This document shows, in pieces, positions 7,871 through 16,808 of a stretch of 64,000 nt of DNA; the stretch's first letter is position 1; every line of letters begins with the position of its first letter. Source of the stretch: Candidatus Altiarchaeota archaeon (GTDB taxonomy: Archaea; Altiarchaeota; Altiarchaeia; IMC4; SCGC-AAA252-I15); NCBI GenBank assembly GCA_043800705.1, contig JAZDMS010000035.1, positions 2,579-66,578 of the forward strand, read 5' to 3'. The notes under the pieces were generated by a model. It was not told the DNA's origin, ran no database searches, and saw only the letters and a program-made list of their open reading frames with translations. A program made the translations under genes and the position numbers.

Positions 7871-8256
7871 CTGCCATCAAGGTCAATGGATAGGACAGAT
7901 GCGCGCGGTTTCAGATTTATCAACCGATAAAAACTTTTTAAAAGAATTAGGAGAAAGTCTGAGACGCTAATTGCGGGTTTCGTAATGAAGCGAACGTCGC
8001 TCCTTTGATATTTTATAGTTTCAGCATTTACCAATAAACCTTCGAGGTTATATCCGAGTGAAGCTTAATGAAGGCATGGGTTACAAAAAGGTTACCCGAA
8101 GTATGGTTTCAGCAGGATTGTTTCACCTGATTTCCCCTGCCCATTTTAGGTGTTTAATAAGGGAAGGGGATTAATAAAGGATGATATATAAACGGATAGG
8201 GTGGTTTGATATAATGAGAGGTTATATTCGTTGTTATCTGTTATGGGTGAGATTTA

Positions 8257-9972
8257 ATGACTTCAAAAGCTGTTAAGCAAAAGTATATTGGGATTGAAAA
8301 GTGCCGCACAGGAATTCGCGGGCTGGATGAGATCACGGAAGGCGGCATACCACGGGGGCGTCCGACGCTCATTTGCGGCGGCGCCGGCTGCGGCAAGACC
8401 TTGATGGCGATGGAGTTCATCGTGCGCGGTGCGCGGGACCTCGGGGAACCCGGGGTTTTCATGGCGTTTGAGGAGACCGAAAAGGATTTGGGGAGCAACA
8501 TCTCCTCCCTCGGCTTCGACCTGCCGGCGTTGGTTGCAGCCAAGAAGGTCGCGGTCGACTACGTTTTCATCGAGCGGAAGGAGATAGAGGAGACAGGCGA
8601 ATACGATCTGGAGGGACTGTTCGTGCGCCTCAACAGCATGATCGACTCCGTCGGGGCTAAAAGGGTCGTGCTTGACGGTCTGGAGGCTCTATTCGCAGGA
8701 CTGCCCAGCGAAGGCATCCTTCGCTCAGAGCTGAGGCGGATGTTCCGCTGGCTCAAGGAGAAGGGCATCACGGCAGTCATAACCGCCGAGCAAGGTGAGA
8801 ATACCCTGACGCGCCACGGTCTCGAGGAGTACGTCAGCGATTGTGTCATATACCTTGACAATAGGTTACAAAACCAGGTTGCGACCAGGAGGGTACGCAT
8901 AATAAAGTATCGCGGCAGCAGTCACGGCACCAACGAATACCCTGCATTGATTGACGAGCAGGGCTTCAGCGTCCTGCCGATAAATACTCTCGGTCTATCC
9001 CACCGGGTGAGCTTGAAACGGATTCCATCTGGGATAGCAAGGCTTGACAATATGCTGTCCGACAAGGGATACTTCAAAGGCTCTAGCATCCTCATCTCGG
9101 GAACCGCAGGGTCGGGGAAGACGAGCGTAGCTATGGCTTACGTAGACAGCGCATGCAAGCGCGGAGAAAAGTGCCTTTACTGGTCGTCCGAGGAGTCGCC
9201 CGAACAGATCGTGAGGAACATGGCCTCAATCGGTTTAGACCTGCAAAAGCACATCGACGCTGGACATCTAATAATTCGCTCCATCCGGCCGACGTTATAT
9301 GGTTTGGAATCCCATCTGGTGAACATTCACAAGATGGTCTCTGAATATAAGCCCGACTCGGTGATTATGGATCCTGTCACCAACCTCAACGAAGTCGGAG
9401 ACGAAGCCGAAATCAAGTCGATGCTGACGAGGGTGATAGACTTCCTGAAATCCCGTGGAATCACAACCATCTTCACCAGCCTAACCGGAATGAAGGTGAA
9501 TGTGGAGCAGTCCGAGGTTGGAGTAAGTTCGCTGATGGACACGTGGATACTCCTTAGGATGGTTGAGTCGGCAAGCGAGCGAAATCGCATAATATTCGTG
9601 CTCAAGAGCCGCGGAATGGCCCACTCTAACCAGATGCGCGAGTTCATACTCAGCGACCATGGAATAGACCTTGTAGACGTATACGAAGGGTCAGGCGGCG
9701 TATTCACCGGCACTGCAAGACTCAACCTGGAGGCCAAGGAAAGGATGGAAGCGCTGGCGTCCGAGCTGAAAGCCGAAGCCCACAAGCGCGAGGTTGAGAT
9801 AGAATGCAAGGGACTGCGGGTGCAAATCGAGGCATTGCAGACGAAGCTTTCGAACGTCAACGAGGAGGGGGCAACGAACGTCAAACAGGAGAGGGACCGG
9901 ACAGACGAAGCCAAGAAAAGCCACACTGACATGGGGCGGGCGCGAGGAAGGGACAAGCAGAAAGATAACTGA
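8257..9972 (+). CDS. kaiC: circadian-clock-type ATPase KaiC with a C-terminal coiled-coil extension
   Basis: Two RecA-like halves with Walker A motifs GGAGCGKT and GTAGSGKT. Catalytic EE pairs occur in FEETEKD and [24 protein letters not shown]...[16 protein letters not shown] aligns with the S. elongatus phospho-site region ISTITDTIILL. A Glu/Lys-rich heptad-like tail of about 85 aa follows. Confidence 0.92.
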   Translation: MTSKAVKQKYIGIEKCRTGIRGLDEITEGGIPRGRPTLICGGAGCGKTLMAMEFIVRGARDLGEPGVFMAFEETEKDLGSNISSLGFDLPALVAAKKVAVDYVFIERKEIEETGEYDLEGLFVRLNSMIDSVGAKRVVLDGLEALFAGLPSEGILRSELRRMFRWLKEKGITAVITAEQGENTLTRHGLEEYVSDCVIYLDNRLQNQVATRRVRIIKYRGSSHGTNEYPALIDEQGFSVLPINTLGLSHRVSLKRIPSGIARLDNMLSDKGYFKGSSILISGTAGSGKTSVAMAYVDSACKRGEKCLYWSSEESPEQIVRNMASIGLDLQKHIDAGHLIIRSIRPTLYGLESHLVNIHKMVSEYKPDSVIMDPVTNLNEVGDEAEIKSMLTRVIDFLKSRGITTIFTSLTGMKVNVEQSEVGVSSLMDTWILLRMVESASERNRIIFVLKSRGMAHSNQMREFILSDHGIDLVDVYEGSGGVFTGTARLNLEAKERMEALASELKAEAHKREVEIECKGLRVQIEALQTKLSNVNEEGATNVKQERDRTDEAKKSHTDMGRARGRDKQKDN

Positions 9973-9973
9973 A

Positions 9974-10273
9974 ATGCCAAAAAGAAAAAAGAAATGGGAT
10001 CTGCGGCTTTATGTCGCAGGGCAGACGCCGCACTCGCTCAAGGCGTTCGCGAACCTCAAGAAAATATGCGACGAACACCTTCCTGGGCAATACACCCTTG
10101 TGATCATCGACCTTCTGAAGGAGCCGAAGCTCGCAGCAGGCGACCAAATAATCGCAGTTCCGACCCTCGTGAGGAAACTCCCCCAACCCATAAAGAAGAT
10201 CATAGGCGACCTCTCCGACACCGAGCGTGTCCTCGTCGGTCTCGACCTGCGGCCAATGACAAACACACTATAA
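9974..10273 (+). CDS. kaiB: KaiB
   Basis: [63 protein letters not shown] is a typical thioredoxin-like KaiB fold sequence. It starts 1 nt after the kaiC stop. Confidence 0.9.
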   Translation: MPKRKKKWDLRLYVAGQTPHSLKAFANLKKICDEHLPGQYTLVIIDLLKEPKLAAGDQIIAVPTLVRKLPQPIKKIIGDLSDTERVLVGLDLRPMTNTL

Positions 10274-10284
10274 AATGAGAAAAC

Positions 10285-10625
10285 ATGAAAAGTAAAGCAA
10301 AGCATGATAAAACCACCAAACTGATAGAGAAGACGTTTACCGAAGGCGACAAATCCTATTACGTCCTCAGACTATACGTTGCCGGGCTCACTCCAAACTC
10401 CAGCCACGCAATCGATTCGATCAGAAAAATCTGCAATGAATACCTTAAAGGCAGATATGACCTGCAGATAATCGACATCTACAAGCACCCTACACTAGCC
10501 AAGGGGAGCAGATAATCGCCGCACCGACCCTGATAAAGAAACTGCCGCTACCCCTGCGCAGACTCATCGGGAACATGGCGGATGAAAAGAAAACCCTCAT
10601 AGGCCTAGACCTGCGATTCAGATGA
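10285..10625 (+). pseudogene. kaiB: second kaiB interrupted by a 1-nt frameshift in a G run
   Basis: Frame 1 reads YYVLRLYVAGLTPNSSHAIDSIRKICNEYLKGRYDLQIIDIYKHPTLAKGSR*. The shifted frame continues IIAAPTLIKKLPLPLRRLIGNMADEKKTLIGLDLRFR*. One extra G in aagGGGGag would restore LAKGEQIIAAPTL. Confidence 0.75.
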
Positions 10626-10679
10626 GAGTAGCGGATAGTTCTTATTAATCCGTATGGCTAAAACTCGTGCTATCCCTAA

Positions 10680-13079
10680 ATGAAAGACAAAACCGATAGC
10701 AAGCTGCAAAAAGAGAACGCCGATTTGCGCGCCAGACTGGGTGAAGCTGAAGAAACGCTGCGCGCCATCCGCGAAGGGGAAGTGGATGCGATTATAGTCT
10801 CAGGAAACAAGGGAAACCGGGTCTTCTCGCTGTCCGAGTCGGAGAACCTCCATCGCCTGATGGTCGAGACCATGAATGAGGTCGGCATCGCCACGACGCC
10901 GGATGGCACGATACTTTTCTGCAACAATCGGGCCACTGAACTCCTCGCACAGCCGCAGAACAAGCTCTTAGGCCGCAATCTGGCCGAATTTATCGCTTCC
11001 CAGGACATTCATCACTTCAAGGACATACTCAAAATCGCATTGAAGGAGACTACGCACAAAAGGATTCTATTCCAGTCCAGGAATGGCAACTCCATCCCCC
11101 TGGAAATATGGGCAAGCCACCTCAAAAGCCAAGGAAATCCCATAATAAGCCTCGTCGCGACAGACCTGTCCCAATTAGAGGCGGTGCAAAACCTAGTAAA
11201 ACAACTGAGGGAGAGCGAGGAGAAGTTTCGCGGAATCGTAGAGACTGCTAGGGAGGGCATAATAACCGCTACTCTAGGCGGTAATTTCACCTTCGTTAAT
11301 CAGATGATGGCAGACATGCTCGGCTATCCAGTCGATGAAATCCTGAACAAAACAAGTTTGGATTTCAGCTTCAAAGACTTGAAAAAGCCAGTTCTGGACT
11401 TAAGAAACGAGCTAAAAACCAAAAAGATATTGAGTGGCGAGTTCAAGTTCCGCCGCAAAGACGGCTCAGTGCTGTGGTCAAGCTATAACGCTTCGCCGAT
11501 TTTCGACAGCAGTGGACGACACGTAGCCAATCTTGCCATGCATACGGACATCACCGAACGCAAGAAGGTCGAAGCCAAGATAAAACAGGCCGAGGAGGAC
11601 CTTCGGCAGACCCGCGATTACCTGGAGAACCTCCTGAACTACGCGAACGCACCGATCATCGTATGGGATAAAATGCAGAGGATATTCAGGTTCAACAAGG
11701 CTTTCGAACACCTTACAGGATACACAGCCCATGACGTGATAGGGAAAAGGCTGGATATTCTCTTCCCGAAAGACAACCGAAAGGAGTCATTGGATAAGAT
11801 CAAGCAGACAGCTGTGGGGGATTACTGGGAATCCGTCGAGATTCCGATACTCCAAAAGGACGGAGAAGTAAGGATAGTGCTATGGAACTCGGCGAACATC
11901 TACGACAAGGACGGCAAGACTATACTATCGACGATAGCGCAGGGACAGGATATCACCGCACGGAAGAATGCGGAGTTGGAGCGCGAACACTTCATCAGCA
12001 AGGTCCAGCAGCTGTCGGCGGAGGCCCAGATGAAGGCGAACGAACTCGAAGCGATTTTCAAGTCAATGGCTGAGCCGCTGATCATCTATGACGTGTCCGG
12101 AAAGGCGGTAAAACACAACCAAGCAATGTCAAAGATGCTGGGCTTCGACCCAGCAGGGCTGACAATCCGGGGGATTATGGGAAAAATTTCCCTCATGACT
12201 GAGGAGGGCGCTCCCTTCAATGTCGAGGAAACCCCCGAAGGCCGCGCGTTAAAAGGCGAGACCGTGCATGACGTGAAGCTGATATTCAAATACGAGACTG
12301 GGAGGGAGAAGATTGTGCTATCGAACTCAGCCCCCATAATCACCAAGGGGAAGGTGACTGGCGTGATAGTCGTATGGCATGACATAACCGAGACGGAAAA
12401 GGTCAAGAAGCTGAGGGACAGGATGCTGAGGGACCTGTCGCACCAGCTGAAAACCCCGCTGTCGATAATCGAGATGGGACTTGAACGTCTTTCAAAAGAA
12501 TCCAGCGACAGCGGCGGACACCACCATCAGAACATGGACATGATCCTTAGGAACACACGACAAACGAGGGAGCTCGTAACGAAGATACTGAAGCTCAGCA
12601 GGCTCGAGTCCGGAAGTGAGAAGGTGAAGAGAGCGAGATTCGACCTGGCTAAGGAGATGTTAGGGGCGTTGGCTGATTTGATGCATCTGGCAGAGGAGAA
12701 ACGGCTGGTACTGACGTATCATGGGCCCGCCAACCTAGAAGTGAATTCAGATAGAGATAAGGTGATGGGGTCAATCACCAACCTAGCGGAAAACGCCATA
12801 AAATACACCGAGACCGGGGATATAGACGTAAAGCTTGACGAATTCGCGGATAACGTCGTTGTCGAAGTCTTAGACACAGGCGTCGGCCTCAGCGAAGAGG
12901 ACATCGAAAATGTGTTCAACGCTTTCTACAAGGTCGATCCTAGCGTGCCAGGTGCGGGAGTAGGACTGAACATAGTGGCTGAGAACATGAAGCTCCTGGG
13001 CGGAAGCATCAAGGCAGAGTCCCAAGGCCATGGCAAAGGCAGTGTTTTTAAGTTGACAATACCAAAGGGAACCAAATGA
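10680..13079 (+). CDS. multi-PAS sensor histidine kinase
   Basis: N-terminal coiled coil (LRARLGEAEETLRAIREGEVDAIIV) and several PAS/PAC blocks (e.g. DITERKKVE, DITARKNAE). H-box LSHQLKTPLS. HATPase_c motifs NLAENAIKYT, DTGVGL and GAGVGLNIV. Confidence 0.9.
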   Translation: MKDKTDSKLQKENADLRARLGEAEETLRAIREGEVDAIIVSGNKGNRVFSLSESENLHRLMVETMNEVGIATTPDGTILFCNNRATELLAQPQNKLLGRNLAEFIASQDIHHFKDILKIALKETTHKRILFQSRNGNSIPLEIWASHLKSQGNPIISLVATDLSQLEAVQNLVKQLRESEEKFRGIVETAREGIITATLGGNFTFVNQMMADMLGYPVDEILNKTSLDFSFKDLKKPVLDLRNELKTKKILSGEFKFRRKDGSVLWSSYNASPIFDSSGRHVANLAMHTDITERKKVEAKIKQAEEDLRQTRDYLENLLNYANAPIIVWDKMQRIFRFNKAFEHLTGYTAHDVIGKRLDILFPKDNRKESLDKIKQTAVGDYWESVEIPILQKDGEVRIVLWNSANIYDKDGKTILSTIAQGQDITARKNAELEREHFISKVQQLSAEAQMKANELEAIFKSMAEPLIIYDVSGKAVKHNQAMSKMLGFDPAGLTIRGIMGKISLMTEEGAPFNVEETPEGRALKGETVHDVKLIFKYETGREKIVLSNSAPIITKGKVTGVIVVWHDITETEKVKKLRDRMLRDLSHQLKTPLSIIEMGLERLSKESSDSGGHHHQNMDMILRNTRQTRELVTKILKLSRLESGSEKVKRARFDLAKEMLGALADLMHLAEEKRLVLTYHGPANLEVNSDRDKVMGSITNLAENAIKYTETGDIDVKLDEFADNVVVEVLDTGVGLSEEDIENVFNAFYKVDPSVPGAGVGLNIVAENMKLLGGSIKAESQGHGKGSVFKLTIPKGTK

Positions 13080-13453
13080 ACGTTAAGCCAAAGATTCTGG
13101 TGGTCGAGGACAACCTGGACATACAGTCGATATACTCCCAGATACTTCCAGGAAAATACGACATCACACAGGTCACCAACACGAAGGACGCCTGGAAGGC
13201 GATCTCAGAGACAGAATACGACCTCATGATACTCGATATCATACTGCCCAAGGGCGCTCAGGGAGACAGGTTCTACATCCAGTTAAGCCAGAACCCGGAA
13301 TTCTCCCAGATACCAGTGCTCTTTGTAACGGTCATAGACGACCACATGGAGGCGAAGACGCTCGGGAACATCAACCGGGCAGAGTGGCTGACTAAACCGT
13401 TCACGGAAGAGGCGCTTTTGGCAAAGATAAAGACAGTGCTCTCAAAAAAGTAG
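13076..13453 (+). CDS. single-domain response regulator (CheY-like receiver)
   Basis: KILVVEDNLDI, DLMILDIILP and TKPF motifs. Its ATGA start overlaps the kinase stop. Confidence 0.85.
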   Translation: MNVKPKILVVEDNLDIQSIYSQILPGKYDITQVTNTKDAWKAISETEYDLMILDIILPKGAQGDRFYIQLSQNPEFSQIPVLFVTVIDDHMEAKTLGNINRAEWLTKPFTEEALLAKIKTVLSKK

Positions 13454-14183
13454 GCGGCTGCGACAATCATCAATCCCCCCTACTTTTGTCAGAATATATG
13501 CAAAAAACAAAAACCGGCAGGTTTTTATACCTGTATGCGTATATAATCACGGAGTAACTATTGAATAAAAACTTCGAAGAAAAAACAAGCGGATATGCCC
13601 TAAAAGAGAGGCATGCTATTTTTAATAACGGTTCATCCTTTACCGAGCCATCTAACATAAACGGCGTTAATGGATCCACCATAACTTTCCCGTTTTTTAT
13701 TGAAACACATAAAACTTTACCGAAGGTTCTGTTTACGAAAGGCGGAGTTGCCGGGACTGAATTGGCTGGCCGAACAAGGAGTGATGTGAGGGCTGCCATG
13801 GATCCGGGGATGGTTAATGCGACTGTTGCGCGTGAATGCGATGCTTTTTCTAGATTTGGCGAATCCGACAACTCCCCTCACGATCATTCACCGTTGGGTT
13901 TCATATCGGAATTTTGTCATTGGAAGAGGTGAAACTATGCGAAATACTGCAGAGAAACAAAGGAGAAAGGGATATGGGGGCAATGTGAATGAAGGCGTCA
14001 CAGCAGCAAAGTTCGCCCTATCGAATGAAGTTAAGAGGCTGATGCCGTCGACCAGATTATACTGGTGTAGGGAGCCAACGTGGTGTTACCGTTGAAAGTG
14101 CAGCTTAAACAAAAAAGCCAAAAAATGCAGCGCTTGCATCGAGATGAAAGGTGAAGGGATGCGTGTATGCGGTGGTGGGAAAG

Positions 14184-14315
14184 ATGAATGGCGTGAACAA
14201 TACGGGAGATCTTCCGGCAGACGCAGTTGCCGTCTGTCTGGTTTGCGGCAGCCCGTCTGCCGAGTCGGAACACTGCACCTTCTGCAACAAATACCTGCGG
14301 GGGGTTGGGGCCTGA
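14184..14315 (+). CDS. possible 43-aa zinc-ribbon peptide
   Basis: Hand translation: MNGVNNTGDLPADAVAVCLVCGSPSAESEHCTFCNKYLRGVGA (CxxC...CxxC). A GGTGG lies about 8 nt upstream. Weak support. Confidence 0.25.
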   Translation: MNGVNNTGDLPADAVAVCLVCGSPSAESEHCTFCNKYLRGVGA

Positions 14316-14316
14316 G

Positions 14317-14574
14317 ATGAAAGGAGACGCTCAAACCGGCATGTCCGGCAAAAAACAACCCCTGGATGCGAAAGTCTTTGATGACAAAACATCAGTCCGA
14401 AAGGCAAAATCAAGCCTGAAGAGGGTTTTAAAAGACGTCATAAGGATGGCAGAAACCGAAAGCAGGATCGAGGCTGTTAGGATACGGAATCTGATCCTCG
14501 CCGATCTGGCAGTAATCGAGCCGGCATTATCCGTGAATAAAGGAGATGGCGAAATGATGCCATACGATAATTAA
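14317..14574 (+). CDS. possible 85-aa hypothetical protein
   Basis: Internal ATG of ORF 14227..14574, 1 nt after the zinc-ribbon stop: MKGDAQTGMSGKKQPLDAKVFDDKTSVRKAKSSLKRVL... No recognisable domain. Confidence 0.3.
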   Translation: MKGDAQTGMSGKKQPLDAKVFDDKTSVRKAKSSLKRVLKDVIRMAETESRIEAVRIRNLILADLAVIEPALSVNKGDGEMMPYDN

Positions 14575-14613
14575 TTGAATGCGAATAAAGGTGCGAAGTT
14601 TAAAGGTGGAAAA

Positions 14614-14943
14614 ATGGACGGATATGAACAACTACCCTCAGAGGGAATAGGAACATTGCAAGAGACGGTAAAGATGCTAGGGAAACAGTGGGCGATACCC
14701 ATACTTGTGGAGATACAGCAATCCCCCCGGGAGAAGGCCGGTTTTAGGGAATTACAGAACAGGCTGGATAATATCAGCTCAAAGGTGCTTTCTGAGAGGC
14801 TTAAGGAGATGGTGGAACACGACATTCTCAAGCGAAGAGTGAACGCCAACCTGTCCCCAATTAGGGTCAATTACCGGCTGACAAAGAAAGGCAATGTCGC
14901 ATGTCATGTCCTCAACAGGCTAATTGAATGCTCCATGGCCTAG
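14614..14943 (+). CDS. HxlR-family winged-helix transcriptional regulator
   Basis: LGKQWAIPILVEI...FRELQNRLDNISSKVLSERLKEMVEHDILKRRV...YRLTKKG. The start is placed at ATG 14614, which sits behind GGTGGAAAA. Confidence 0.8.
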   Translation: MDGYEQLPSEGIGTLQETVKMLGKQWAIPILVEIQQSPREKAGFRELQNRLDNISSKVLSERLKEMVEHDILKRRVNANLSPIRVNYRLTKKGNVACHVLNRLIECSMA

Positions 14944-15049
14944 ACGATGAGGTAACCAATCCGTTACCCTCGCCTATATACTCTCAAGCGCAGATGTGTG
15001 TTGAGAGCTTTCCCATATCCTTCTGATTCGAAAAAGGCTAGGCTATATC

Positions 15050-15925
15050 ATGGTTCTGGAGTCTATTGTCGTGCCGGAAAGATGGTTGCATCATCCTATG
15101 CGGATGTTAGTGATAGGCCTAGTGTACTCCCTTCTTGGGATAATGCTTGGAATCCTGTTATTCGGAAGATACGCGAGCGTCGCAGGCATATTCCTCACCA
15201 CGATCCCGCTTGTAGTGATATGGTACCATGCGATCTACGATGAAGAGAGGAAGTCCATGGAAAAAAGCACGGAACACATGCACCTTGCTCAGTACAAACA
15301 TATCCTCTGGTTCTTTATCTTTCTCTTCGTAGGAATGGTATTCGCCTATAGCCTCTGGTTCACATTCATGCCGCTTGCTCTGGTCACGGTGTCAACAGCG
15401 ATCCAAATAGATACGATTTACTCCATACAGAACCAATTCGCAGCCACTGGTGCATCGACCTTGGATACCAACGATCTGGTGGTCATTCTTTTAAACAATT
15501 TGCGTGTCCTCCTTTTTTGCATAATATTCTCATTCGTCTATGGCGCCGGGGCGATATTCATCCTCAGTTGGAACGCTTCTGTGATAGGGGTCGCAATAGG
15601 CAATATGGGGAGGGAAGGTTTGGCGCGATTAGGCCAACTGGGCCAAAGCCCATCAATCATGACCTATTTCAGCGTCCTTCCGGTGAGCATCAGCTACCTG
15701 ATACACGGCCTGCCAGAGGTTGTAAGCTACTTCTTCGGGATCCTTGCAGGAGGCATAATATCCGAGGCAGTAGTCTGCCACCATTATAGAGAACCTGAGT
15801 TCTGGCGGGTAATCAAGGATTCATCCTCACTGATACTTGTATCTTTAATGATTTTATTGCTGGCAGCGCTGATAGAGGTCTACGTCACTCCCGTCTTGTT
15901 CGACCCGCTAAAGGCCATAACCTAG
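15050..15925 (+). CDS. SpoIIM/DUF95-like integral membrane protein
   Basis: Multi-TM protein. LLNNLRVLLFCIIFSFVYGAGAIFILSWNASVIGVAIG resembles the SpoIIM/DUF95 core. Confidence 0.5.
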   Translation: MVLESIVVPERWLHHPMRMLVIGLVYSLLGIMLGILLFGRYASVAGIFLTTIPLVVIWYHAIYDEERKSMEKSTEHMHLAQYKHILWFFIFLFVGMVFAYSLWFTFMPLALVTVSTAIQIDTIYSIQNQFAATGASTLDTNDLVVILLNNLRVLLFCIIFSFVYGAGAIFILSWNASVIGVAIGNMGREGLARLGQLGQSPSIMTYFSVLPVSISYLIHGLPEVVSYFFGILAGGIISEAVVCHHYREPEFWRVIKDSSSLILVSLMILLLAALIEVYVTPVLFDPLKAIT

Positions 15926-15983
15926 GGACTATGACCATCGGGGGCATTGGTGCATAAAAAGGCCGCCGGCGAATCATAGCCTT

Positions 15984-16808
15984 ATGAGAAAGGCGGCCGT
16001 CGTTGTCGCGGCGGTGTTGGCACTGTTGGCGGCGTATTCCCTCATCGAGCCGTACCTCATCCTGGTGAACCGGGTCGATTTCGCGGACGATAGGTTGCCG
16101 GAATCGTTCGACGGCAAGAGGATCGTGTTCGTATCGGACATCCACTGCGGGCCGTTGTTCTCGATTGGCAGGACCAGGGAGCTCGTCGATAGCATAGACG
16201 GGCTCGAACCGGACATGATACTCCTTGGGGGGGATTACATCTCCAGCGACGACATCTTCAACACTGGAGACCGGATCGGGCCTTGCCTCGGGGAGTTCAG
16301 CCGCCTGAAAGCCCCCCTCGGGGCGTATGCGGTCCTCGGAAACCATGAGAACTGGGCGGGGAGGGACAGGGCTATGAATTCGTTGGAGTCGGCGAGTATC
16401 AGGGTCATTGACAATGACGGTGTTTGGGCCTCATCCGGGAACGGCAGCATCAGGATAGCGGGAGTCGCCGACTTATGGACGCAGCGGCAGGACTTCAATG
16501 CCGCATTGGACGGAGCCAAAGCGAGTGACTACACCATACTCCTGTCACACAACCCGGACATCGCAGAATACCTCAGATCAGACAGCATTGCATTGGTCCT
16601 CTCAGGCCACACCCACGGAGGACAGGTGACGTTATTCGGCCTATGGACGCCCTATCTGCCTTCGAATGCGGGACAGAAGTACGCAGGAGGATTCGTGAAG
16701 ACGAACCACACGACCGTCTTCGTGACGAAAGGCGTAGGCACGACCGGTCTTCCGATGAGGTTCTTCGCAAGGCCGGAGATCGTCGTCCTCACACTGCACC
16801 GGGAGTGA
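15984..16808 (+). CDS. metallophosphoesterase (YkuE-like), N-terminal TM
   Basis: VFVSDIHCG, GGDY, GNHE, SHNP and SGHTHGGQ motifs. Confidence 0.85.
   Translation: MRKAAVVVAAVLALLAAYSLIEPYLILVNRVDFADDRLPESFDGKRIVFVSDIHCGPLFSIGRTRELVDSIDGLEPDMILLGGDYISSDDIFNTGDRIGPCLGEFSRLKAPLGAYAVLGNHENWAGRDRAMNSLESASIRVIDNDGVWASSGNGSIRIAGVADLWTQRQDFNAALDGAKASDYTILLSHNPDIAEYLRSDSIALVLSGHTHGGQVTLFGLWTPYLPSNAGQKYAGGFVKTNHTTVFVTKGVGTTGLPMRFFARPEIVVLTLHRE

Noticed and set aside
7711-8034. 107-aa minus-strand ORF in the kaiC upstream gap
   Set aside because: There is no RBS or leader motif. The composition is odd, it overlaps the shared leader motif and direct repeats, and it has no similarity I can recognise.
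8110-8135. Near-hairpin GGGTTACAAAAAGGTTACCC upstream of kaiC
   Set aside because: The arms are not truly complementary (GGGTTAC versus GTTACCC gives a central mismatch). This is too weak to call.
8257-13453. Search for a kaiA gene or KaiA-like domain near kaiBC
   Set aside because: No ORF with a pseudo-receiver plus four-helix-bundle KaiA-like sequence was seen. The absence is used as an observation, not a feature.
13470-13932. Overlapping ORFs 13470..13871 (-) and 13561..13932 (+)
   Set aside because: They exclude each other and neither has recognisable motifs. The plus-strand one needs a TTG start. They are left uncalled and flagged as a gap finding instead.
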